Shown here piece after piece: positions 27,775 through 38,202 of a stretch of 64,000 nucleotides of DNA. The position numbers and the translations under genes were made by a program. The stretch's first letter is position 1, and the number at the start of each line of letters is the position of its first letter. The notes beneath the pieces were generated by a model, which was not told the origin of the DNA, did no database searches, and saw only the letters and a program-made list of their open reading frames with translations. Source of the DNA: a virus; the IMG/VR virus record IMGVR_UViG_3300048672_000152, positions 29,453-93,452 of that record; one strand, 5' to 3'.

Positions 27775-28845
27775 ATGGCTGACGTTCCTATCGAAAGTCG
27801 TATTGATGTTGTTGTGTCATTAGGCACACAACCTCTAACCACAGCATCATTTGACAGCGCAGTATTTGCTGCTGAATTGACAGATGCTGCATTTGCACAA
27901 GATTATAAAATCTATACCTCAGTGAAAGAAATGGTAACTGATGGTTTCCTCACTACTTCAGCAGCATATAAGTATGCTAGTTTAGTATTCGGCGGTAACT
28001 TCCGAGCTAATAAACTGTATGTAGTTAAATTTGGTAGCACTGGTGTTGCTGTAACTAAAACTCCAGTACAAGCTCTTACTGATTTATTCAATGTAGACGA
28101 CACCGCTTACTATATTGGTTGTAGTTCACACTCTGATGTGAATGTAACTGCATTAGCTGCATTTGCTGAATCATTAGATAAGATGTATGTTCATGCTACA
28201 CAACAAGCTGGTGTATTAGTTCCAGCAACTACTACTGACATCGGTAGTGTGTTACAGGATGCTTCATACAACCATGCTTTCACTATCTACAATGCTGCGG
28301 CTGATTCTAGCTATGCTGAAGGTGGTGTTGTGGGTGCAATGGCTGCTATCGCTGCTGGCACATCTACGTTAGAAGATAAGACAATGGTGGGTGTTACTGT
28401 TGACAGTTTAAATGCTACTCAACGTAGTTCATGTGAAGCTAAAAACGTAGCTTACTATATGCCTATTGCTGGTGTCAATTCAGTGTTCAATTCTAAAGTA
28501 GCTTCTGGTCAATTCTTCGATACTATCGTATTCGCAGATTGGTTGAAAGCTCGCGTATCTGAAGAACTATATGGTTTACTGAAACGTGAATCTGATTTAG
28601 GTCGTAAGGTATCATACGATGAGGCAGGTTTCTCTAAGATCCGTCAAGCTTGTCGTCGTGTAATTGAAGTTGGTCGTGCTAATGGAGCTATCTCTTTAGA
28701 TAGTGAAGCTATTGTACGTACACCAGAACGTAGTGAGATTTTAGAAGCAGATCGTATGAATCGTGTTCTTCCAAATCTTGTTGTTGAAGTTCCATATTCT
28801 AGTGCTGTACATAAAGTTATTGTACGTGCTTACGTTACAGTATAA
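27775..28845 (+). CDS. tail sheath protein (DUF3383-type)
   Basis: GQFFD....DWL, KVSYDEAG, DR..R.L, AVH.V. Confidence 0.9.
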   Translation: MADVPIESRIDVVVSLGTQPLTTASFDSAVFAAELTDAAFAQDYKIYTSVKEMVTDGFLTTSAAYKYASLVFGGNFRANKLYVVKFGSTGVAVTKTPVQALTDLFNVDDTAYYIGCSSHSDVNVTALAAFAESLDKMYVHATQQAGVLVPATTTDIGSVLQDASYNHAFTIYNAAADSSYAEGGVVGAMAAIAAGTSTLEDKTMVGVTVDSLNATQRSSCEAKNVAYYMPIAGVNSVFNSKVASGQFFDTIVFADWLKARVSEELYGLLKRESDLGRKVSYDEAGFSKIRQACRRVIEVGRANGAISLDSEAIVRTPERSEILEADRMNRVLPNLVVEVPYSSAVHKVIVRAYVTV

Positions 28846-28856
28846 GGAGATAATTA

Positions 28857-29351
28857 ATGGCTTCTAATCATACTTGGGTATACGACCCACGTAAAACTAC
28901 CACTACAATTGGTGGTGAAGAAGTATACGGTTGGGCTGAAGGCTCAATGATTGAGTTCAGCAAAGCAGACCAAACAACTAGCACCACTCGTGGTTTAGAT
29001 GGTCGTGATATGACTGTTAACATCAATCCAATGCGTGACGGTACTGCTACAATCACTCTGCAACATACTAGCCCATTTAATAAAGTGTTATACACTTGGG
29101 CTGAAAGTTATCAGAATGGTTTTAGTTCTACTGTGTTACCAATTGCACCATTTAGTTTCCGTGACCCTTCTGGTCTATCTATTGAAACTACATGCTGGTT
29201 AGAGCAAGTACCTAGTGTATCTATTGCTCAAGAAACTGGTGAACTGCAATGGGTTCTACACTTAGCTGATGTATTACCTAAGACTAATGAATCTTGGGCT
29301 GCTGCTAAGAACCTCGGTAACATTCTTGGTATTAATTTACCATCATTCTAA
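28857..29351 (+). CDS. tail tube protein
   Basis: YDPR...IGG, G.DG, G..TITLQ.TS motifs. Confidence 0.85.
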   Translation: MASNHTWVYDPRKTTTTIGGEEVYGWAEGSMIEFSKADQTTSTTRGLDGRDMTVNINPMRDGTATITLQHTSPFNKVLYTWAESYQNGFSSTVLPIAPFSFRDPSGLSIETTCWLEQVPSVSIAQETGELQWVLHLADVLPKTNESWAAAKNLGNILGINLPSF

Positions 29352-29367
29352 CATAAAGTTTGTCATG

Positions 29368-29394
29368 TATGCCACAAGGATGTGGCATAGTTTT
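29368..29394 (+). terminator. hairpin terminator with AGGA loop
   Basis: TATGCCACA-AGGA-TGTGGCATA followed by GTTTT. Confidence 0.6.
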
Positions 29395-29432
29395 AGTATA
29401 AACAGCATGGCACATAAACAGAGTAAGTAAAC

Positions 29433-29861
29433 ATGACAACAAATTTAGAACGTAAAAAAGAAATCTTCAATGTAGGCGGTAAAGCCTATATCTCTGTTTC
29501 TTGGTCGCCTATGAAAGCTGCTAAGAACCTCCCTAAGATTGGTAAAGCATTCGCCGTACCTATCTCTTTCCTTATCGCTGGTGGTGAAAATATCCAATCA
29601 GCTATCCCTACAGCTATGATGATGTTGTTCGAGCAGTTAGAAGAACAAGACATTACAGAGTTGTTCTCTTTAATTCTAGCAGATGTTTGGTCTAAGAGTA
29701 CAGATAAAGCGTTAAATATTGATACTGATCTTGAGAACATTGATGAGTTACTTCAGCTAACAGCTAACGTATTGAAGCAACATTATGGGGTACTGATTAA
29801 CGGTACGGGTTTTACATCCCTGTTCCAAACGATGGTTCCTCTACATCAAATGGCGGTATAA
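29433..29861 (+). CDS. tail assembly chaperone (gpG-like)
   Basis: between tube and TMP; slippery G GGT TTT at 29807-29813. Confidence 0.85.
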   Translation: MTTNLERKKEIFNVGGKAYISVSWSPMKAAKNLPKIGKAFAVPISFLIAGGENIQSAIPTAMMMLFEQLEEQDITELFSLILADVWSKSTDKALNIDTDLENIDELLQLTANVLKQHYGVLINGTGFTSLFQTMVPLHQMAV

Positions 29862-30073
29862 AACCGACAAAACAGGCTCTCCAACACATAGAGAGAACAT
29901 CTAGTTTAACGCCAATCGAAGTTTTATTTCTAAGGGCTGTGAAGGAAGGTGGTGAAACCGCTATGTCCCTAGAGTCCCAAGATTTGGAATACTTGCTGAA
30001 AGTAAATGAGTACCTTGATATTCAATCTTTCTTAGAACAAGATATGCAAAAACAAATCAACAAAACGAGATAA
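29433..30073 (+). CDS. tail assembly chaperone gpGT-like, -1 frameshift product (~213 aa)
   Basis: -1 frame open from the slippery site to TAA 30071-30073, 3 nt before the TMP ATG. Confidence 0.8.
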
Positions 30074-30076
30074 TCT

Positions 30077-33000
30077 ATGGCAGATAATGTAGTAGGCTCA
30101 GTTGTTGGTCGTGTTAGGTTTAGTATTGATAAAAGGTCGTGGGATAATCTCGATTTATTTCAAAAGAAACTTACCTCAATTAAACGACAAATGACTAACA
30201 TGGACAAGAGTATTAAAGTTAATGCTGTTGTCCAACAAATAAATAAAGTAGCTAATACGGTCGTGAACGCTGAAAAGAAAGTAGCTAAAGCGAAAGAAGA
30301 AGCGGCTAAGAAGAATCATAAACTAATGACTTTCGGTAGTGTTGGTGGTGATCCTAAAGGTTATACGAAGTTCTGGCAAGAGGAACTAAAGACTCGTGAC
30401 CAGCTAACTAAAGCCAGAGAAAAGCAAGATGCTATTTACGCTAAACGTCAACAAGCTGCTCTAGCTAACAATAACAAACGTGCTGGTATGTCTGATAGAC
30501 TAGCTTGGTTATTCCCTGCATCATCTGTAAGTAATCCAGCCAATCGCGGTTTGTTAGCTCAAATGCTTCGTGATGAAGCCACTGCGAGTGTTAAGCTCCA
30601 GAGAGAACAAGACAAAGCATACGAAGCTCGTCGTAAAGATGTGATGGGTAGGCGCAATGCTTCTTTAAAATCTCGTGCTGCTCGTGACAGAGCTAAAGAA
30701 AAACAAACAGCCAAAGCCAATAGAAATAGAACAGCATTTGAAGCTGGCGTTGAAAACTTCATGCTCATTAAAGAATCTCAGCTTAATCAATATGCTGATA
30801 GGGTGAGAATGAGTCAGCAACAACGTGCTGAGATGATGGGTCGTCTAGGTAAAGCAAAGGAAGATGCTTTAAAAGGTATTGACCCCACTCAGGCTAGAGC
30901 TATTGAATCTTTTAGAGCGCAAGTAAATAAAACTAAGAATGAAATGGTTAACACTGACCGTATTACTAGGTCTAATGCTGTTTCATTTAGGTCACTACGT
31001 AATGAAATTGTGCAACTAACTGCTGCTTATACGGCGTTTAGTGTTGTGCAGAATGTTGCTCAGACTGGTATGGATCTCGAAGGAATTCGTGCTGCTGCTA
31101 AAGTATTTACAGGTAGCGACGCAGGGACTACTGCTCACATGGAATACCTTGTAGAAATGTCTGATAGACTTGGCGTTAACTTCATGACAGCAGCTAAAGA
31201 GTTTAATAAATTCTCTATTGCTGTAGGTAGTAAAGCAGATCAAGGTACACAAAGACATATCTTTGAAGGTTTGTCAGAGTATGCAACAGTATTACAAGTA
31301 GACCAACAACAATATGAACGAGCTATTCGTTCAGTAGTTCAAATGTTCTCAAAGGAACAAGTATACGCTTAAATTCAGGTGCTTCATATAGTAATATATG
31401 TCGAAGAATCTCTCTAATTCGGTGGAACTCTTACCATGTAATGATGGAGACAATGCCGAGCGAAGCTCAATGTATAATATTGAGAACGTGTGACGGTCAG
31501 AACGATAGTTCGTACCCTATAAGCTATTGATAGGGGAAACGGGAGATACCGTATTATTAAATTAACGGTAAAGAGATGACCTAATCTGTATAGAAATATA
31601 CAGCAGCATGTAAAGATGCGAATAACTTAGTAGCGTAAGTTATTGAATTATATGGAAGAATTACGTGGGCAGTGGACTGACTAGCTGCCATAACATAGTA
31701 ATATGTTATAAGAAAACTTATTGAATTGCTGGAAACTCCTAAAAATCATACACTACAAAGTAATCGGTGACGGTAAGCTTGACAGTTTGAAAAGTTATGA
31801 TATGATCTTTCTTTTAATAAGAGGAAGTGAAATGGACAATCAGCAGGTAAGTTCCTGTGAAGAAGTTTGGAAATTATATGAAGATGAACCTCGTTATGAA
31901 GTATCTACTTTTGGTAGAGTTCGGCACGTTAAGGATTTATCTATCAAATATAGTAAGCCAGATAAAATAGGGTATGTATGCATCCAATGTAAAACAAAAG
32001 GTAAAATCAAAAACCTTAAAGTACACAGGATGGTGGCACAGACGTTCTTAGAAAACCCAAACTCTTTGAGAGAAGTAAATCACAAAGACGGGGTTAAAAC
32101 TAACAATAACGTAGATAATCTTGAGTGGTGTACGCGCAGGGATAACATACTGCATGGTCACGATATAGGTCTTTACGATTTAAAAGGTTCTAAGAATGGT
32201 AGGTCTGTATTAACAGAAGATTTAGTACATAAACTTTGTGCTTGGTACGAGAGTTGTCCAAACAACACTCCAAAACTCGCAGTTAAAATGTTTAGTATTA
32301 GTATACAGCAAGCATCTAAAATCAGGTGCGGTATTGCATGGAAACATATATCTTCTCAGTACAACATACTTCCCTTAGTAAACAGGAAAAACTCCAGAGA
32401 CTAGGCGTAAGCCGTACACCTAAGCAGGTGGAAGTGGTAAGCTCCTCTAACGAGGATGAAGATATAGTCCGACCTCATACGAAAGTATGAGCAGCTTGAA
32501 TAAAGCGGGGATGATGTAGCGAATCATCTTGAACATTTTGTAGCCGAAGCCCTCCCCGGATCTGTATCAGCAATGATGCGAGCAGCAGGGTATGATAACG
32601 AAAAAGATTTCTTTAAAGCTGTAGAAGCTGGTAAGATTATGGCATCAGAAGTTATGCCAAAGTTTGCCGATGAATTGAAGAAAGTAGCAAGAACAAATGG
32701 TGCGTTAGAAGCAACTACTAAAAAGACTCGTGCAGAAATGCAACGGTTCTTTAACCAACTAACATACGCCAAAGATAATATATTCCAAGGTGGAATGAAT
32801 GAAGGTTTATCTTATATGTTCGGCTCTTTTGCTGACTTACTTAAAGAGATGGAACCAGTTGCGAAAGCTTTAGGTGCTATGTTCAGAGGTGCGGTTGTAA
32901 CACTTACAGGTGCTATTAAAGTAGCACTTGTCCCGTTCAGAGGTTTAGTAGCGCTGTTTGATTCATTAGGTGATAACTTAGAACGATTAGGTATTCTTGA

Positions 33001-33421
33001 TGGTAGTGGTGGTATGTGGTCTGTAGTAGGTGGCGCTGGTGTATTGGTATTAATGGCAACACGATTCAATTGGCTGAGTAAAGCAGTGTGGTCTGTCAAT
33101 AGCGCATTGTTGACAATGGCTGCGAGGTTCGCACCTATCATTGCCGCTTATGCTGTGCTAGAAGATTTAGCTCTATACGCAACGTATGGTGATAAAGCTG
33201 ATACTGCAGTAGGTAGGGCAATCAAGTATACGCAAACAAACCCATTAGCTGACACCACAAGCAAATTGTCAAGCTTCACCCCAACAGGGTGGATAGCCAA
33301 TCAAGCTAAGACCTTAGTTGAAGTAACAATGAAAGGTGATGCTGATAATTGGTTGAGTGCAAAAATAGACCAATTTTCACATATTACATCAGCCGTAACT
33401 CAAACGGAGACAAGTCAATAA
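30077..33421 (+). CDS. tape measure protein, spliced: join(30077..31369,31655..31673,32541..33421), 730 aa
   Basis: splicing restores the conserved QMFSKEQVYA|EELRGQ(L)AEALPG tape-measure motif; frame continues into ORF 32573..33421. Confidence 0.92.
31370..31654 (+). mobile_element. group I intron 1 in TMP (285 nt, ORF-less)
   Basis: exon ends in U with U.G in P1; P/Q AATTCGGTGGAA..AATGCCGAG; P7 GGTCA/TGACC; terminal G. Confidence 0.9.
31779..31806 (+). promoter_or_regulatory. intron-internal sigma70 promoter for the HNH gene
   Basis: TTGACA-16-TATGAT with extended TG; GAGGA SD 25 nt downstream region. Confidence 0.65.
31832..32404 (+). CDS. intron-encoded NUMOD4-HNH homing endonuclease (190 aa)
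   Basis: EVWK....YEVSTFGRVR, VHRMVAQTF, VNHKDGVKTNNNVDNLEW; ATG 31832 after GAGGA. Confidence 0.9.
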   Translation: MDNQQVSSCEEVWKLYEDEPRYEVSTFGRVRHVKDLSIKYSKPDKIGYVCIQCKTKGKIKNLKVHRMVAQTFLENPNSLREVNHKDGVKTNNNVDNLEWCTRRDNILHGHDIGLYDLKGSKNGRSVLTEDLVHKLCAWYESCPNNTPKLAVKMFSISIQQASKIRCGIAWKHISSQYNILPLVNRKNSRD

Positions 33422-34068
33422 TGATTACATTCATCGTCGCTAATAAATTTAAAGCTGGCGTGAGTGAGATTGCTGGTGAGAAATACTTTGCGGATTGTAC
33501 TGTGAGTATTTCTCATGACTTCTCCAACACAGTTACTGAACATCCTGTTGAAACTGGCGTATCATTCTCTGACCATGTACAGTTGAAGAATAATCGCTTC
33601 ACTGTATCTGGCATATTTGGTCAATATGGCATTAACGACTTCCAATCTGACACCCTTACACGTACAGCAGATCGCATACCAGATGCTTATAAGTTTTTAC
33701 GCAAACTTCGTGATGAACGTCTTACATTCACTTTAGTTAGTAAGTACGATACGTATTACGACTGTGTTATAGAAAGCTTATCAATTCCGGCTAATCCAGA
33801 ATCGTCTAATAGTTTGTATTTCGACATAACTGTTGTACAGATACGAAAAGCAACTACTGAAACAGTTAACCTTATTTCTGCTACTAAAGTAGTTGATGGC
33901 AAAAAGGACGCTGCTAGTGGTACAGTAAGTGGTGGTAAACAGATAAAGAGTTTTGCTGCATCTGGTATTGATGCCGCAGGTGGTATACCCCAAGCTTTAA
34001 CTGAATTTAATTCAGCAGCTTTCGGGACTGATCCAACACCAGATAAGAAGGAGGGCGGCACATCATGA
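33421..34068 (+). CDS. tail tube initiator / Dit-like baseplate protein
   Basis: TAATG coupling to TMP; VTEHPVETG...SDH motif. Confidence 0.8.
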   Translation: MITFIVANKFKAGVSEIAGEKYFADCTVSISHDFSNTVTEHPVETGVSFSDHVQLKNNRFTVSGIFGQYGINDFQSDTLTRTADRIPDAYKFLRKLRDERLTFTLVSKYDTYYDCVIESLSIPANPESSNSLYFDITVVQIRKATTETVNLISATKVVDGKKDAASGTVSGGKQIKSFAASGIDAAGGIPQALTEFNSAAFGTDPTPDKKEGGTS

Positions 34069-34487
34069 CAATCTCTGTATTATCTATTCCAGACAGTCCT
34101 AACGTGCTGTTCACGACAATCCTAGACAATATAGCTTATGATATGTTGTTACAATGGAACCCTCGTGATGAAGCATGGTATCTTTCTTTAGGTAAACAAA
34201 ACCAAGACTTTCTATTTAAAACTAAAATCACCACAATGACTGACTTACTCAAAGCACATAGATCTTTAGAAGTTTCACCAAAAGGTGCTTTAGTTGCTAT
34301 TGACACAATGAAAAGTTATGGTAGAATTACTAGAAATGGTTGGTCATCTGGAAGATGGCAACTGTATTATATCAGTGAAGACACTTACAATTCCGCAATA
34401 GCTAACACTTTTACATCGGGTGATTTGAATATCACTATTGATGTGGAAGATGATGTTAGATTCACAAAATCCTCAACAAGATTATAA
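34065..34487 (+). CDS. baseplate protein
   Basis: WN.R...WY motif, position. Confidence 0.7.
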   Translation: MTISVLSIPDSPNVLFTTILDNIAYDMLLQWNPRDEAWYLSLGKQNQDFLFKTKITTMTDLLKAHRSLEVSPKGALVAIDTMKSYGRITRNGWSSGRWQLYYISEDTYNSAIANTFTSGDLNITIDVEDDVRFTKSSTRL

Positions 34488-34496
34488 GATACTTTT

Positions 34497-35474
34497 ATGG
34501 CTGAACAATTTATTCATAAATATGTATTAGAGTTTGGTCAACCAGTATCTTTCTATGAAGTAAACCCTATTGTTCCTGTCACCGATGAGTTAGCTGGTAG
34601 TCCAGATTATCGTACAGGAACCAATAGGTACTTAGAACAGAATACTAATGGTATTGTCAAACTAGCTAATCACAATATGTCCTTCAGTGTTACTAAAGGT
34701 AAAGATGCTTCGAGTGACACTAACATAACAATTTACAATATTTCAGATACAGTAAGAAAGTTCTTAGAACAGAACAACGGTAAGAAACCAAATATCTTAC
34801 TGAAAGCTGGATATGAAACAGATGCAGAACTCCCTATCATATTTGCTGGTGAAGTTATCTTAGTAGTAGACACCTTTGATGGTAATACGAGAAAGACTTC
34901 GCTCACTTGTGCCTCTGGTACTAACGCTATTCAAGAAGCGTATTCAGCTAAAGCATATCGTTCGGGTACTAAACTATCTGAAGTGTTTATGAACTTTGTA
35001 AAAGATATGAAGTTACCAGAAGGTACAATATCGTTCCCTACACCAATGACTGAAGTTAATAAGAAGCCTATTGTATACACAGGCCCAACTATTGAGTTTC
35101 TTAGAAAGTTTGCTAAGGAAAACGATATGAAAGTTTGGATAGAAGATGGGTTAATTAATGCTGCACCAAATGACTTAATAAATGTGTCTTACGCCAAAGC
35201 ATTTGAAATTAACTCAGATATGAATATGATTGGTGCGCCGAGTGTTGAGACTGCTGATAGTGGTCAGACAGAGCAATCCTCCGGTAATAGACAGAATGTT
35301 ACGGTATCGACAACATTGAACGGTGCTTACACTATAGGTGCTAAAGTTAAACTAAAAAGTAAATACCATAATGGTGTTTATGAAATTGAATCTGTCACAC
35401 ATCGAGGGACTTATGAAGGAAGTGATTGGAGTTCTTCATTAGGATTAAAACCTGTAGATGGATGGGAGAAATAA
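34497..35474 (+). CDS. baseplate hub protein
   Basis: ITIYN, L.AGY, IF.G, MIG.P, H.G...G.DW. Confidence 0.8.
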   Translation: MAEQFIHKYVLEFGQPVSFYEVNPIVPVTDELAGSPDYRTGTNRYLEQNTNGIVKLANHNMSFSVTKGKDASSDTNITIYNISDTVRKFLEQNNGKKPNILLKAGYETDAELPIIFAGEVILVVDTFDGNTRKTSLTCASGTNAIQEAYSAKAYRSGTKLSEVFMNFVKDMKLPEGTISFPTPMTEVNKKPIVYTGPTIEFLRKFAKENDMKVWIEDGLINAAPNDLINVSYAKAFEINSDMNMIGAPSVETADSGQTEQSSGNRQNVTVSTTLNGAYTIGAKVKLKSKYHNGVYEIESVTHRGTYEGSDWSSSLGLKPVDGWEK

Positions 35475-36151
35475 TGTCTACTGCAACAATAACACAAAAA
35501 GATTTAATGGATGCACATTTTGATAAACGTCTAAGAGACTTTGTGCATACATCCTTCCCTGCTGTAATCACTCGCGTTGTACGTTCAGGTGTAGTAGATA
35601 TACAACCCCTCGTATCCACTCGCAGACCTACTGGTCAAATCATTCCATATCCAGAAATCCCTGAAGTTAGGATACAACATATCTCTGTAAACGCTGGAGG
35701 CGTGTTTATAAGCCTTCCATATAAAGTTGGTGATAAGGTATGGGCTATAGTATCTGAACGTGATGTAGCCTCTCTCATGAGCTTAGGAACGGTAGATATT
35801 AGTACCACAGTTACTCATGATCTATCTGACTGCTTTTGTATTCCTTCCTTTGCTACAGATGCTGAAGGTTTAGAGACAGACCCAGATAATATCGTAATAG
35901 CTAATAAATCTACTAAGATTGTTGTGAAAGAAGATGGTGTATACATTGATACTCAAGAGTACCAATTAAACGCTTCCAGCGCAACGATAGACGCTCCAAA
36001 TACTAAAGTAATGGGTAAGGTAGGGTTTAATGGTAAAGAGCCTGTAGAGCTTCCTACAGTGTCTGGTAGCAGAGCAGGGAATGCAGCATTAGCCCTACTC
36101 CTCACACAACTTCAGAATTATGGCTTAATCGTAGACGCAACAACTCCATAG
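35474..36151 (+). CDS. baseplate spike (Gp138-N type)
   Basis: P...GD.V....ERD, HDLSD. Confidence 0.8.
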   Translation: MSTATITQKDLMDAHFDKRLRDFVHTSFPAVITRVVRSGVVDIQPLVSTRRPTGQIIPYPEIPEVRIQHISVNAGGVFISLPYKVGDKVWAIVSERDVASLMSLGTVDISTTVTHDLSDCFCIPSFATDAEGLETDPDNIVIANKSTKIVVKEDGVYIDTQEYQLNASSATIDAPNTKVMGKVGFNGKEPVELPTVSGSRAGNAALALLLTQLQNYGLIVDATTP

Positions 36152-36159
36152 GAACTATC

Positions 36160-36684
36160 ATGGCTGGATTTAAGCTAAATGATTTCGATGATATTGATGT
36201 TGACAGTAGCGGTAAGATGTTACGTCTAGTCACATATCAAGAACTCGTCAAACAAAGAATACAAATTAAACTAAAAGCCTACAAAGGTGAATGGTTTTTA
36301 GATACATCATTTGGTATACCGTATCGTGATACAGGTGATGGTAAAGCGATTATCGGTAAAGGTTTTACGCAAAGAGATATTGATGCTGTATATATTGCTG
36401 CAATCAAAGAAGACCCTGACGTATTAAGTATTGAATACTTTAAGAGTACGCTGGATAGAACAGCGAGAGGGTATGGTGTCTCCTTTGAAGTTAAATCACG
36501 TAAAGGTAATTTACCACTAAACAACCCATCTACCTACGCTTGGGAAGATGAGAGCTACGAATACATAGCAAACAATATTACACCTCTATATGATATAGGT
36601 CAATGGGCTTTAGACATTCATCCTATTGTTCATGAGGATATGCCAGAGGCTTTACAACCTCCATATGAATGGTTGCCAACATAG
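36160..36684 (+). CDS. baseplate wedge / sheath initiator
   Basis: L....GEWFLD..FGIPY motif. Confidence 0.8.
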   Translation: MAGFKLNDFDDIDVDSSGKMLRLVTYQELVKQRIQIKLKAYKGEWFLDTSFGIPYRDTGDGKAIIGKGFTQRDIDAVYIAAIKEDPDVLSIEYFKSTLDRTARGYGVSFEVKSRKGNLPLNNPSTYAWEDESYEYIANNITPLYDIGQWALDIHPIVHEDMPEALQPPYEWLPT

Positions 36685-36696
36685 AAAGGTAAATAA

Positions 36697-38202
36697 ATGG
36701 CAGGAATTACTGAGTTTGGTTTTGTTAGAAAAACATTACCTGAAATCATTGCTTCAATGAAGAACAACATTAAAACTAAACTAGGTGCTGACTGGAATAC
36801 AGATACAGGTTCTATTGAAGACCAATTCATTTCTGTGTTTGCTGAAGAGGCAGATGAAATTTGGCAAGGTATCGAAGGCGTAGTATCTTCCCAAACATTA
36901 GCTGGTGCTGAATTTGTTTACTTAGATGATGTATTGAATAAGCAAGGTGTTTATCGTCAAGATAAAACGAAAGGTGGTGGTGAAGCCATCATTCAATCTA
37001 ATCTAGCAACTGTTACGTTAGGTACTAACGTATTAGCTGGTGCTACACTATCAGCTAAAAACAATATTACTTACACCACTTTAAGTGACACAGTGATTGA
37101 CAATTATGCAAGTTGTTATAAAATAACAGCATCGGATATTGCAATTGGTGTAACACATACATTCACTATTTACAATAGTAATGCACCAACCACAAAGATA
37201 TTTACTAGAACTGCTATTTCAGGTACTGACCGTATCTTAATGTTAAATGAATTAGCATCATTTATTAATGAAGTGATTGTTGATACTCCAGCTAAAGCTT
37301 TTGTTACATCAGATAACACATTGTTTGTTGGTTATAACCCTTCCACTTTACTTCCACAACCGTTTCCTAATAAACGTTTGTATGTGAATGTATTTCCTAA
37401 GACTGGCGTTATTGGTCACAGCGTAGATATTGAAGCAAGTGTAGCTGGCTATAAGCCTCTACCTTCTAATGGATTATTAGGTTTATCACCCACGTACACT
37501 GGGTATAATTCAGTAATCAACTACGTTGATTTGAATAGTGGTAGTGAAGTTCAGACAGATGCTCAATATCGTTTATCTGCAATGTCAATTCAAGACAACT
37601 CAATTGCTGGTACACCGGATTCGTTGAAATCTGCATTATTGAAACTGGAAGGTGTATCTTCTGTTGAAGTGTTTGAGAACCCTACAGAAGACTTCATTTA
37701 CGATGTGAGTAGCAATCTAGTCTGTGAACCTTATACATACAATGTAATTGTCATGGGTGGTAAGGATTCAGAAGTGGCTGATACAATCTATCGTAAAGGA
37801 TATGGTAATACTAAACGCTACGGCACATATAGTACAACAATAACAAATGGTTTAGGTAACTCGACAGTAGTTAAATATACAAGAGCTTCATTCTTTGATG
37901 TAGCTGTAGAAGTTGGCTATGTAACTAAAGATGGTAGTGTGTTAAGTGATGCTGAAAAGCAACAAATAATTAATTCCCTAATTTCAGTTGTTGATCAGAC
38001 AAGTATTGGTGATTACTTAAATAACAATTTAATGAATGCTATTGTGTACCAATCGGTATCATTTAGTAGATTGAAATCTGTTAGTCTTAAAATGAAAGAC
38101 TTGACACAAGTTTCACCATCATTTGTTACTACTGATTTACTTGCCGATCATGATGAGAAACCAAGATTACTGATTGATAATATTACATTCAGGAGAATTT
38201 AA
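36697..38202 (+). CDS. baseplate J-like wedge protein
   Basis: GIT..GF..K, LD....G..R, G...TDAQYR, V.EN.T. Confidence 0.88.
   Translation: MAGITEFGFVRKTLPEIIASMKNNIKTKLGADWNTDTGSIEDQFISVFAEEADEIWQGIEGVVSSQTLAGAEFVYLDDVLNKQGVYRQDKTKGGGEAIIQSNLATVTLGTNVLAGATLSAKNNITYTTLSDTVIDNYASCYKITASDIAIGVTHTFTIYNSNAPTTKIFTRTAISGTDRILMLNELASFINEVIVDTPAKAFVTSDNTLFVGYNPSTLLPQPFPNKRLYVNVFPKTGVIGHSVDIEASVAGYKPLPSNGLLGLSPTYTGYNSVINYVDLNSGSEVQTDAQYRLSAMSIQDNSIAGTPDSLKSALLKLEGVSSVEVFENPTEDFIYDVSSNLVCEPYTYNVIVMGGKDSEVADTIYRKGYGNTKRYGTYSTTITNGLGNSTVVKYTRASFFDVAVEVGYVTKDGSVLSDAEKQQIINSLISVVDQTSIGDYLNNNLMNAIVYQSVSFSRLKSVSLKMKDLTQVSPSFVTTDLLADHDEKPRLLIDNITFRRI

Larger units (their letters stand above)
31674..32540 (+). 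mobile_element. group I intron 2 in TMP (867 nt) carrying an HNH endonuclease
   Basis: P1 GGCAGT/GCTGCC, P AATTGCTGGAAA, Q AATCAGCAG, R CCAGAGACTA, S AAGATATAGTCC, terminal G. Confidence 0.95.

Noticed and set aside
30077-31372. TMP pseudogene or two independent TMP genes
   Set aside because: Two group I introns restore the frame and the conserved motif exactly
31721-31831. N-terminal extension of the intron HNH
   Set aside because: Overlaps intron P3/P4 and the promoter; SD supports ATG 31832
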